Below, one piece after another: positions 40,144 through 52,740 of a stretch of 64,000 bases of DNA. The DNA comes from Octopus bimaculoides. Its lineage: Eukaryota. Below the pieces are notes generated by a model. The model was given only the letters and a program-made list of their open reading frames with translations, searched no databases and was not told the DNA's origin. The position numbers were made by a program, and so were the translations under genes. The number at the start of each line of letters is the position of its first letter. Position 1 is the first letter of the stretch. The stretch lies in the NCBI RefSeq assembly GCF_001194135.2, contig NC_069001.1, positions 39,814,593 through 39,878,592 on the forward strand. Reading direction: 5' to 3'.

Positions 40144-40615
40144 GTGTTCACTTTATATCTATTTTTCTATACTTCCATGGGTAAGACAAATATATATTAT
40201 TGAGGCATTGTATGTGCATATGTATATGTATAAATATGTGCATATTTGAGTCCCAGTGAATGTGATTGTGTATAACTTTATATATATATATATATATATA
40301 TGGAGTCATAAACATATGATGAACTTCATTTCTTTGTCATTCGTGTGTCACTTGTTTCTGTGGGCTTCCCCCCACCCACCCACCACCATCATAGACATCG
40401 TAATCTCCTCTGTCTACTGATATCAAGCAACTGCCTTGTTCTGATTCGAATAAACTTGACAAACACTGACAAATGAAGAATGCATTTTCTCCATCAAACT
40501 GAGAATCTGGCAATGAATGATTAGCATGTGCAGAGAGGCTTCCTTTGGTATCTGACATCTTTCTAGGGTCTGAGTGTTGTAACATTTTGTTCCAACAAGC
40601 AATACAATATATGTA

Positions 40616-40690
<75 letters not shown>

Positions 40691-40698
40691 ATATGTAC

Positions 40699-40738
<40 letters not shown>

Positions 40739-41517
40739 ACATGTGTGTGTGTATATATATATATTATATGTGTGTGTGTATATGTATATATACGTACATG
40801 TATATATCTATGCATATGCAGACATATTACCTGTGTGTGTGTGTATATATATGAATATATAATTTCATTTGCTATAAAGTAAAACACGTCACTGCCAAAA
40901 TGCTAACTTTATATCATTGTTAAATATTTATATATATATACACACACACACACACATTATTATATAATATATATATACACACATTATATATAATATACAT
41001 ACACATGTGTATATATGTATATAGATATATGCTGAACTTGATGTTAGCAGCCAGGGAAAGGAAACGCAGTTGTGTGTGTGTGTGTATACATATCATTTCC
41101 TGTTAACGAATCATCTGCTGGTCTTGTGCCTTCAAATATGGGCAAAATTAAAGAGTTACCAACAGAATGGACTCTAACTGTAAAATAGTGCCTCAATAAT
41201 CTCCTAACCCATGCTAGCATGGAAAAGCAGATATAGAAATAATTAAATGAAGCAATTTATGTGTGCATGTGTGTGTGTGTTTACATACATTTATTCATGC
41301 ACATGTATGTATGCATGAGTGTGTATATATACACTCATTCACACATCAATATATTTGTAAAGAAATATTTATAAATTGTATACTAAACGTGTGGATTTGA
41401 TGTATTATATATCATCAGTGATATATATATATATATATATCATTGGTATATTAATAGTTTTATATATCAATGGTCAATTGTCTGTAAAATATTGTCATTG
41501 ATATGTATATATATATG

Positions 41518-41530
<13 letters not shown>
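38040..41530. repeat. Dense compound (AT)n/(GT)n/(AG)n/(ATT)n microsatellite fields
   Basis: Directly visible. Similar fields occur at 260-365, 6285-6345, 15700-15960, 46500-47320 and at the edges of the larger N-gaps. Confidence 0.9.
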
Positions 41531-41548
<18 letters not shown>

Positions 41549-41736
41549 CCTAATATTGAACAGTGAGAATGGGTGCTCAACACCACATTGGTGAATAAAT
41601 GTTCTCATCCAAGCTGGAAACAATTACCAATGTTCCTAAATGGCAGTTGATAACTGTTGAGAGATTTCTTCTTTCATGAAGCCATTGGTAAATGGGATTA
41701 ACATAGAAATAATGTGTGTGTGTGTGTCTCTATATT

Positions 41737-41778
<42 letters not shown>

Positions 41779-44479
41779 GGTGTATGTATGTATCTATCTA
41801 TCTATATATAGCCATTATCATAATTGGTGTATTGTACACCATCATTGGTATATTGTACATATCATCATCATTCCAAAAAAGTTAATTGTAATTGTTAAGC
41901 ATTCTTTATCAGTTGCGCTCCACTTCACTAGATTTAAAAATCTTCTACATCCTCTAATGGCTATGATACTGATCACGAAATAAGATTATTCTTGAGAAAA
42001 AGAAATTTTTTTGACAAAAACATTGATAATATTTGTGTCTAGATTATCTCCTCAATGTATTTTAATTACTTATTTTCAATTTTACCAGTAAACATAAAAA
42101 TTAAGGGAAGTTAATAGTTTTCTCCTAAGACCTTTCTCATTTCTTCTTGTATTCTCCTTACATAGAAATTGTGGAAAGTATTTTCCCTGATTCTCTTCAC
42201 AATATATTTCTGCAAATTTCTTGTTTTATATAATGTTTGTATGGTGATTTCCTGTTCTGTTTTTCACATTTACTATTTCACATGACACACTTCCATAAAA
42301 CATAGCACACTTGAAGTTTCTGTCTAGTAAGGAGAAAAGCTCTGCTAAAATGTAGGGTCTGGGATCTTGCTCTTCTGCATTTCAGTCCTGTTTGGGATTG
42401 TCTTGACGTCCCCTCCCCTTAAATTTCATGAAAAAATAAGTTATAGTGAAATAAGTAATCAAATTGATCAGGCATAAAAGTGGCACCCACTCAACTTCTA
42501 GGGTAAAGTCAATAAAAAGAGGTCCAATTATGGCCATTTAATTTTAGGTTTCTATCAGAAATAACAATAGAAAATTGTTATTATTATGTAACATAATTTT
42601 TTGTTCCTTTGTTATTTATTTAATCTCTTATAATGCTCTTTACTCAGCTAACACTTTTCTCTGAAGCATATATATACTGAATTTTAACTTTAGATCATTA
42701 GTATTGCCATGCCTAAGTGAATATATATATACAACTGGGGTTGATGCCTATATATATATAATATATACATATATATGTGTGTGTGTGAGACACTTGTAGA
42801 AACCTCAATAAATGTCACTTGAATAATATTGAATAATAATAATAATAATAGGAGCAACAGCAGATTCTAAGTATCTAGATTTAACCCTTTTAAATCCCAT
42901 AAAAGTAAGACTTGCAGATAGAAAGTTTATAAGAATCATATTGTTCTTGTGTCCCACCCTTGATTTCTCAAAATTCTTGATAATTTTCTACAGTTGGCGA
43001 GTTTCTTTGTTTATTGTTTCTATAAAAAAAAAAGAGGTGACAGTTAAATGAATAGAAAAAACAGTTTATGATGTTTTTCAAAACTTCATTTGTCTTTCTT
43101 CCTTCCAGAATTAGCAACATAAGGACAAATTAATATACAGTAGATTTAATATTTTAAGTTAGGTCAGTCGAAAACCCTAACCTAATACAGAGATTATTTA
43201 GCTACTAGATTTATCTTCACTATAAAAGGATTATATGAAGTCAGTCAGCTTTAAAATCTAGCATTAATTTAACAAAGGAGGAGATAAGGAATTATTAAAA
43301 TATGACGTAAATAGATTTAATGTTTATGAAAGTTCTTGTTTGTTCTACAACAGCAATAATCCTTAGAAGGACCTCATTGATTGGAATGATTTAAGATTTT
43401 ATTGGGTGTTTATTGAAATAAATAACTGATACACTTAATAGAAGTAAAATAAATGTAAGTAAAAAATATATTAAATTTGAATGTGTATTTCATTTTTAAA
43501 TTCCTTTAATTTTCACAACTTTCTCCGTAACTTTATTTTAATTTCCAATTAGTTAATGAACAAAAGCTCTTACAGGGTAACATATAACTTTGTTTTTATA
43601 TAATTCCACTCTCATATACACACATCTATATAGTCACATGTAAATGGATGTATTTAATAAATATATGGAACAAGGCAGTAGGTATTAATTAGCCACAAAA
43701 GATTCATTTTTTTCTTTGTCTTTCATGAATGAAGGTGCTTTAACTTCATTAAAATCTAGAACAATCAATTGAAAAGTTAATTAGCTGAGAAAATTAGGTT
43801 TGTTGCGTTTTGATTATTTAATTCTTCAATAGATGAGGTTTTAATGCTTCATTGTCATAATCATGGACAATGTTGGATAGTTTTCTATGAACACATTTTA
43901 ACTGAGGTAATTAATAACTGTAATTAATTAATAACTGTAATTAAAATAGTCATTTGCTTTAGTTCTAAATTCTCGCAGCACGGTTTTGGTTGTGATGACT
44001 AAAACAAACTGAAGAATATTATTCTGTTTATTACGAAAGAAAATAACAATCTTAACCTCAAATCTCATTTATTTACATCTCCTGGGATTTTCCTTTCACC
44101 CCCACCCCCACCTAGTTATGTCTTGCCTAAACTTGTACTCCTGTTAAACTGGACCAGAGGTTTAGTTTTATTTTTGTTTAGTATTTTCTACCTCCTTTGG
44201 TGTGTGTGTGTGTGTGTGTGTGTTTAGTGAGTGTATATATTGAAAGAAGCCCATTTCACTGCCAGACATGTTTACATGTACCACGCAAACTGTCTTCTTT
44301 TAGAATTAAGGACTTGCACATTTGTAAGTGTGCTTCTTGTATCTAGATTCTTAATATATAGGATGTTGTACTTGGGTATGTAATAATTATAGAAAATCGA
44401 TCACTTTGTTACAAGTTTCACCCAAGCTTGAATAGAAAGGTCCAATATAAATAACAGGAGTTCTACGAACCATTTTACT

Positions 44480-44665
44480 TGTTGGCAAATCATAGATTAA
44501 GGTCAACATACCATTCTATATGTTGGTAATGCAGAGATGAAATCAGCATTCTATTCTGTATGTTGCTGAGATATATATGAGATCAACATACCATTCTTGT
44601 ATATTGGTGAATCAGATATGAGAATCAATCTAATATTCTATATGTTGGTGAGATATATATGAGAT
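44480..44665. repeat. Degenerate ~40-bp tandem minisatellite
   Basis: Recurrent GATCAACATACCATTCT(A/T)...TATGTTGGT units. Confidence 0.5.
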
Positions 44666-47149
44666 CGACAAGCTTACAACTGGAAAAATTATTGGCTTGT
44701 CTTAAGAGAAATACTATCAACTTTGTAGTTGAGCTGTCTTGACAAAGAGCCTCAGAGTAAAAGATTAGTTTCCCTTTCCACCTGGCAATTACAATTTATT
44801 ACCCACCCACTCTCAACACATACATTTCCTTTCTGTTAGTTAATGACAAAAAAGATTATTTAGAAAAAAATGTCTCCTTGTTCAAACTCTCAAGTCATTG
44901 CTACAAGTGTATAACTAGACTCAATTATAATTAATAATAATTTGAAATGGTAATAGATAATGATAAATTGTTTTCAGATTTGTTATGTTTAAACATTTTA
45001 ATGATGAGAAATATGATTAGCTTGATTGATTAGATCTGAAGATAAAATATAATGCAACAAGTCACATATTATTTTTCAATATCTTCAGAATATTGATAGA
45101 GAACCAGTTCACACTTCATGCATCTCAGTCAGAAAGAAAGGAGTTTTCGAAAGAACAAAGATTAAAACTTTACTTTCCTGTGCAAATCAGACTCGAATCA
45201 ACTCCATCGTTATCTATAGCAGCGGATAACTTTCAACTTGTTTGTTTGAAATCTGATTAACATTTCAAAGTAAAATTTAATCTGAAATTTGAAACCCAAA
45301 CTTCTGTGATAACATTATTTTGATTAACATAAAAATGTGATTTCAGATTTTGTTCCATTTTATAAGAAACCTTTCCAAAAGAAATACCATTTACTTTCTT
45401 AATTAATTACTACCATTTTAAGTTATTATTCATTATACTTAGAGAGATTATTACTCTTTCATATTTAAGTACTCACACAGAATCTACTTTGGCTTTTCAA
45501 TTCCCAAAACACTGCATTGTGGACAAATTGATTTAGAAAGATTTTTTTCTCAACTTTCCTTTCTTCACATTTCAAACGAACTCTGTTGTCTTCTTAATAC
45601 AACAATAAAAACAAATACAGCCAAAATAATAAAAATAAATTTACTGAATTCTTTTTTTTTAATATATAATTACAGATATTCTATATTGTAGATATTAAAC
45701 AAATACATTTTAATTTTGTATGTAATGCATTGTAATTATAATTAATTGTTACTTTCTCTGTGCATATGTTTAATGTGTTTGCAGATTTTAAATAATTAAA
45801 TTATATGTTAAAATGTTAAAAAAGTAAATGTTTTACTTTCAAAAAAGTTGTTTGAGAACACTTTGATTGTTATTATTGCAAAAATTTTATCAGCAGATTT
45901 TTGTTTGCGTTGATGTCTTGTAATGGGCAGAAATTTTAAACACTAACAAGGAACTAATTTAACAAAAATTTCAGTTTTTCAGATTTTTTTTTTCTAACAA
46001 TAAGGTTTTAGTGTCCAAAACATTAAAACATGTTTGATTGTTAAATAACCAAGCAAGCCTGTGTTAGCTCTCATTTATTTGACTTTAAATCATAGTTTGG
46101 GGTTTGGAAACAAGAGTTTTCTTTTTTATCTCTTTGTTCCAGAATAAAGTGGAAATGATAATATTTATAAAAATATTGTATGATGCGTGAGAGAAAGAAA
46201 TGCTTGTATTTGGGTATCTGAGCCTGAGAGGATGGAAATATTTTCAATAAGTTATGAAACAATTCTGTTTTCCCTTCCAGTTTTCACATTTCACTCTTAT
46301 CTAGATTTATCTTAGATGGAAACATTCAAATGATAAATAATTAAAATTTATTAACTTTTCTGACTGTCGTTATTTCTAATTATACACACTCTTCAAATCT
46401 TTCTCAATAATTCTTACATTCCAACGGAGTGAAGTCAAGGCTTGCCAAACTTCATTGTTAGACCAAGTTATGTCTGTTGTTAAACTATTCACTTTACTGA
46501 CACACACACACACGTGCACACGTATTATATATATATATATGTATGTATGTATATATATGTATATATATTTATACTCACACACACACACATCAAAATACAT
46601 GACATGTGTTTGTTTGCGGACCAGTTTACAAGAGTGTTCAGTAAATTCAAATAAAAATATCAAAATTAGAGCATAAAGGGTGTAAACAAAGGGACACAGA
46701 AACAAATTAAGCGATACATATTAATGTTTTTTGTTTTTAATGTGTGTCTCTCACTTTGGTTTCCTGTCTCCTATTGTTCTCCTGTTTCCTATTGTTCTCA
46801 TAGACATATAGGCACATGCCTATATATACATGTATCACTATATATAAACATTCATATATGTGCATCTGTTTAAGTGTATGTATATGATTATTTATATATC
46901 TAGCATTATTATAACTGTTTTGCTTCTGCTTCTATTAAATATTTCATCAGACGTCTCAAAGTAAACCTTTTCTATGCAAACTCCTAACAAAGCAGCTGTC
47001 TCGCAGATAGACTAGCATCCGAGGCATCTAAGGCATTTGTCAACATATAACTGTTGTTTATGGCTGACATTTTTATATATATAAGTCGACAACAATGCGC
47101 GTACTCGAATGGGTGTGTGCACATTTATGCACATGTGTGTGTGTGTGTT

Positions 47150-47211
<62 letters not shown>

Positions 47212-47249
47212 TACATTTATACACATATACATATGAATGTGTGTATGCA

Positions 47250-47281
<32 letters not shown>

Positions 47282-49899
47282 CATATATACTCTTATACAT
47301 AAACACATGCACATAACATTTTAAGTCCTATAATCATAAGTGGATTATTCACTGTTATAATTTCAAAAACTCCAATAACTATGGCTGTGCTACTAAACCA
47401 CAGTCCACAACATACAGTGTCAACACAGCCATGTTGTGGACTCTACCAACAAATGATGGCACACACACAATAGCCCCCCCCCCCTCAACAACTATGGACC
47501 ACATGTCTGCATAGGACATGGAACTTTATCTGAAGATTTTCTTCTAGATCTTTTGCTCACTCTCTTTTTTCTTTTTATCTGTGGAAGACAGGCATGATTT
47601 TCCCCCAACTGCTTGTAGTGGTTTCTTGTTAAGACTACACTATACCTATTGCAGTTTCCTGCTAAAACTCTACTTCCCCACCTCTAATTTCTCATTTCGA
47701 AAAAGGTAAAAACTGTAAAAGGTCTGAGGAAATCAAACAAATGCCCTAATTACATAAGGGTGCTCTGTATATTAGTACCTGAAAATGACTTTGTTTATAT
47801 TCATTCTAATTTTCTTTAAAATAAAATATTAAAGATGTTAACTGTGTCGGTTTTTTGTTGTTTCTTCATTTTGATTTTGTGGATGTTTCTTTGAAATAAT
47901 CTCACTGCAATCTATGTTCTCCAGTATAACCACAACAATGTCTGCTAAAACCAAACGATTAAACATTCAATCTGAATTGCCATACCTGAAGAATTATTTT
48001 ACTTGAAAAGAGAATCTTTTTCAACTGATTGCTTCACAAGAAGTTGATTTATTTATTCAAAGAAGAGTGAAATCACAGTTAATTAATTTCTCTAATTGAG
48101 CACTTATCTCTATTCATTAGAGATATAGACTCCTTCAAGTAGTCTTTGTTTTTTGTTTTGTTTTGTTTTTAGCTTTATGCATCTCACCCCCAACCTTCCA
48201 ATGCAATATAACCTCATACAATGGTGGACTGGGCAGGATTTTGAAATCAAGCCTCTACCGAAGCAGGATTTGACCTCAGAATATTGAAAGCCTAAACAAA
48301 TTCCCACTCAAATGGCTCAGCCAGTTCCAGTATGTGGTGAGTATATCACTTCAGTTGTGTATGGTGGGGAGTGCATTATTCCAGATGTGATGACTGCATC
48401 ATTACAGGTGTGTATATGTCTTTTTCAGGTGTGTTATAGTGAATACATTGTTACAGGTGTATGGTCAAGGAGAAGAGGACACTCTAGTAGCAGTCAGAGA
48501 GAGAGGACACAGCATTATAGAGTAGATGCGAGATGCTCAATGTGACCAGTTTGAATGCTAAATGGTTTCAAACGCAGGCAATGTGGTACCAGAACCTACT
48601 TCAAATGTTGGACTGCACTATCCCCAAGGAACTCTCCTAGTGAAAGCACATCCTTAGATACAGCATGGACTGCACCCTATCAAATGGCTCTTCTCTTCAG
48701 AACCAGAAGATACTTCACCGCCACTCCACCCCCAACAAGACTACCTACAAAACCCAGTAAAGGTCCACATTGCTCCTACATCTGAAATGCTATTACTGCA
48801 CACACAGATTATAGCCTACATCCACAAAATGGCCATCTGACTGAGTGGTATCAGTCATCCGAACATCTTCCTCCCACCTCTGGTTCATAGTTTGCTGTCT
48901 CCTCCCTCTACTTTTCAACAATTATACTATTATGGCCTCTGCTTCTCACATTTGGCTGGGTCTGTGTTAACCTCAGACATCTGTCAACCACTCACCTCTC
49001 CTCATTGTGTCCCTTCTATACTAGCCCCTAAAATCTAGTTTTCCTTCCCAGAATTTCCTCCTTGCTCCCAGCATCTATTTCACCAATTTCAAAGGGCCTA
49101 CAAAGGCTATGGGTTCTACCCCTTCCTCCAAGCATTTAGCAAAATGTACGAAAGATTAATTTAAGCCTAATGATAACATTAATCACTTGAGGACGGGTGG
49201 AAGCTTGGATCATCTCTTCAATCTGAATCCTGTAAAATAAAAAAAAAGTATGTAATCACAGAAATTGCAGTTTATAATGTGTCATCAGTTTTGGATTTGA
49301 AACAATATATTGCAGACTTTGACACAAAAGAGAAAACCTTCAAATTACTACAAAAATTTAGTCAAAAGCATGCCTGGCACCCATCGCTACTACATTAAAG
49401 TAAAGAGGTACCATACCCTAGTATGGGTATGCTGTTTGTAAATTGTTCTCATATTATCTGTTTATTTTAATAAAATATATATTCCACATTATTCTGCTCC
49501 ATCATTTGCAGTATAAAACCTTGTTTTTAATCAATAAATCCACACTTAATAAAGGCACTACGTGTATATAAATAAGGCATACATACATATACAAGTCAAC
49601 AAGATTTGTTTTGCGTTGTTTCTATGATTGATGAAAATATTTTGTCAGCTGTGGAAGAGGAAATAAATAAAATGAGTCTGAGGGAAAAAACTTCCCAAAT
49701 CTCGTTATTTAAATCCATCTTTAAATGTCGAAGCACATGTAAATATATCTTCTATTTCAATGTTTATACAGTTACTGTCGATTCAAATACAACCAAACAG
49801 GTTACAGTTTGGAATAAATCAATGAAAAGGAATATATTTTACAAAAGAAAAACAAAAAAAGAAAGAAGCGTCATCAATGCAGCACCTACCACAGGGGCA

Positions 49900-50212
49900 T
49901 CTCAGCCCCTTACAGACGTCAGTCCCTACTCACAGTGCTAAGATTAAGGTATAGTTAATTTATAGGTAAGTTGTGTCGTATTGCGAAAGGAAATACGTCT
50001 GTGAAGAGGAAGCGAACAATTTAGTCAGTCGGAGTAGTCTCCCTTAATAAAGCGTTTGATTTGAAAACAAAACTAACCGTCACTATGGCAACGAGTAATT
50101 TATGAATGGCCGCAGGTTCTTTTCTAGTGTTTCCACATCTCCGACAGTAAAAACGTATTTAACATTGAAATATCAGGAATCTGAAGGTGAAATAAAAAGG
50201 AATTTGGTAAGT
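49900..50212. promoter_or_regulatory. Promoter-like region with RFX X-box; probable non-coding first exon on + ending at 50206
   Basis: Locally raised CpG content, X-box GTCACTATGGCAAC at 50079-50092, YY1-like AATGGCCGC at 50105, donor TTG|GTAAGT at 50207, and a minus-strand donor CT|GTGAGT at 49933. Confidence 0.45.
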
Positions 50213-50528
50213 GTATTTCAAATGAAATATTTTGCATTGACATAAACTACGATGTGAATACGTGTATTTGACATTTGCTTTCACGACGTCACTTTCATTT
50301 CTACTCCTTTTAAGTTTTCCTGTTCCAAGGTTGCCACTTATATATATCCTGTACCTAACTTTTAAAAAATGTTCCAGAATATAGATATATATGTTTCTAT
50401 TTCTCTTCTAACGACGTAGAAAAAGAATATAAAACCAAAATAAAATCCATTTGTTATTGAATATTTTTTTTGAAACACTCAGTCACATATTTTGAAGTAT
50501 ACCACTCTGTCCTTCAGCTCCGATATTA

Positions 50529-50699
50529 GGTACTATTCAAGAAGAGTAGTCCCCGTGCGCACACTCGCGCATCCGCGCTAACCCTCATACATGTTTTGCA
50601 CAGGACGCGCACTCGCGCTAGGTAGTCGTTGTAGGATCGACTAGTCACGACTCGCTTGCGCGAGTGTGCGCACCGGGACCACTCTTCTTGAATAGTACC
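50529..50699. mobile_element. 171-bp MITE with 43-bp TIRs and 9-bp TSD (Merlin- or MULE-like)
   Basis: Arms 50529-50571 and 50657-50699 match at 41/43 and have GG termini. Flanks are CCGATATTA and CCGGTATTA. Confidence 0.8.
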
Positions 50700-51016
50700 C
50701 CGGTATTAATTCTGCTACACCCACGACAAACTTTTAATTTTCGCTGGTAACTGCAATTGGAAGATAAGCTGTTATAATATAGCGGGGTCAAACAAAAGCG
50801 TTTGACCCGGAGACAAAAATTAAAAAAATTAGTATAATAGATGTAAAACAACTCGCTGGGAACGAATATGAAGAAAAAAATGCGCGCTCTTGAACGGGGG
50901 GAGGGGAGAGGACTCGGAACATTCACATCGTCAGTCCATGGCCTCTAAACTATAGTGTTTGAGCAGAGCTCAAAAACAAAAAATAATTAGTGTAATAGGC
51001 GTAAAACAACTTGCTG

Positions 51017-51054
<38 letters not shown>

Positions 51055-52043
51055 NNNNNNNNNNNNNNNNNNNNNNNNNNNNNNNNNNNNNNNNNNNNNN
51101 NNNNNNNNNNNNNNNNNNNNNNNNNNNNNNNNNNNNNNNNNNNNNNNNNNNNNNNNNNNNNNNNNNNNNNNNNNNNNNNNNNNNNNNNNNNNNNNNNNNN
51201 NNNNNNNNNNNNNNNNNNNNNNNNNNNNNNNNNNNNNNNNNNNNNNNNNNNNNNNNNNNNNNNNNNNNNNNNNNNNNNNNNNNNNNNNNNNNNNNNNNNN
51301 NNNNNNNNNNNNNNNNNNNNNNNNNNNNNNNNNNNNNNNNNNNNNNNNNNNNNNNNNNNNNNNNNNNNNNNNNNNNNNNNNNNNNNNNNNNNNNNNNNNN
51401 NNNNNNNNNNNNNNNNNNNNNNNNNNNNNNNNNNNNNNNNNNNNNNNNNNNNNNNNNNNNNNNNNNNNNNNNNNNNNNNNNNNNNNNNNNNNNNNNNNNN
51501 NNNNNNNNNNNNNNNNNNNNNNNNNNNNNNNNNNNNNNNNNNNNNNNNNNNNNNNNNNNNNNNNNNNNNNNNNNNNNNNNNNNNNNNNNNNNNNNNNNNN
51601 NNNNNNNNNNNNNNNNNNNNNNNNNNNNNNNNNNNNNNNNNNNNNNNNNNNNNNNNNNNNNNNNNNNNNNNNNNNNNNNNNNNNNNNNNNNNNNNNNNNN
51701 NNNNNNNNNNNNNNNNNNNNNNNNNNNNNNNNNNNNNNNNNNNNNNNNNNNNNNNNNNNNNNNNNNNNNNNNNNNNNNNNNNNNNNNNNNNNNNNNNNNN
51801 NNNNNNNNNNNNNNNNNNNNNNNNNNNNNNNNNNNNNNNNNNNNNNNNNNNNNNNNNNNNNNNNNNNNNNNNNNNNNNNNNNNNNNNNNNNNNNNNNNNN
51901 NNNNNNNNNNNNNNNNNNNNNNNNNNNNNNNNNNNNNNNNNNNNNNNNNNNNNNNNNNNNNNNNNNNNNNNNNNNNNNNNNNNNNNNNNNNNNNNNNNNN
52001 NNNNNNNNNNNNNNNNNNNNNNNNNNNNNNNNNNNNNNNNNNN

Positions 52044-52096
<53 letters not shown>

Positions 52097-52243
52097 ATAA
52101 ATTAAAACAGTAAGGTAAAAAAATTGGATATTAATTAATATCAATTTAATACCATGGAACGAGTCGATTGAAAGAATCAGGAGATTCAGAAAAATTATCT
52201 GAGATCTCAAAGGATTATTGTATATGTATATATAAAGGAGACC

Positions 52244-52307
52244 ACTAGGTGGACGGCTAATGTGCTAGACGAATGTGATCTTCTAGCACATTAGCCGTCT
52301 AACTAGT
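52244..52307. other. Perfect 18-bp hairpin followed by CTAG|T (Helitron-like 3' end or small hairpin element)
   Basis: GACGGCTAATGTGCTAGA (52252-52269), 12-nt loop, TCTAGCACATTAGCCGTC (52282-52299). Confidence 0.6.
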
Positions 52308-52385
52308 ATATATGTGTGTGTGTGAATATATATATGTGTGTGTGTATGTGTATATATGTGTGTGTGTATGTATATATATATATAT

Positions 52386-52740
52386 GTGCCTGGAGTCGTT
52401 AGAAGGTGCCTGGCGCTACAAGAACGTGCCGAGAGACACAAGAACGTGCCTGGAGCCGAAATAACATGCCTGGAACCGGAAGAACGTGCCTACGGTCACA
52501 AGAACGTGCCTGGGGANNNNNNNNNNNNNNNNNNNNNNNNNNNNNNNNNNNNNNNNNNNNNNNNNNNNNNNNNNNNNNNNNNNNNNNNNNNNNNNNNNNN
52601 NNNNNNNNNNNNNNNNGCAAGAGCGTGCCTACGGTCACAAGAACGTGCCTGGAACCGCAAGAACGTGCCTGGCGCCGCAAGAGCGTATCCGGGGCAGCAA
52701 CTACGTGGCTGGGGCACTAAATACGTGCCTGGGCCCGTAG
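52386..52740 (+). repeat. 20-bp minisatellite (consensus ~GCAAGAACGTGCCTGGCGCC), left arm
   Basis: GTGCC/ATGCC recurs with an exact 20-nt period (52386, 52406, 52426...). Interrupted by a 100-N gap. Confidence 0.9.

Noticed and set aside
40337-40585. Minus-strand ORF ending ...DRGDYDVYDGGGWVGGSPQKQ
   Set aside because: No recognisable family, the GGGWVGG stretch derives from a G-rich low-complexity tract, and the donor is weak.
46418-46473. Possible minus-strand exon DITWSNNEVWQALTSLRWN (CAG|...|GTAAGA)
   Set aside because: It is short enough to arise by chance and could not be linked convincingly to other exons. A faint resemblance to RECQL4 was not supported by neighbouring segments.
38163-47324. 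[12 protein letters not shown] ORFs
   Set aside because: They are dinucleotide microsatellite translations.
47381-47442. Overlapping stems (12 bp and 7-9 bp) suggesting a pseudoknot
   Set aside because: Loop 3 would be 0 nt, which is sterically implausible. There is no ribozyme core, so these are probably chance competing hairpins.
48100-49130. Less AT-rich segment with short ORFs
   Set aside because: No convincing protein motif in any frame. It is probably a decayed retroelement but cannot be assigned.
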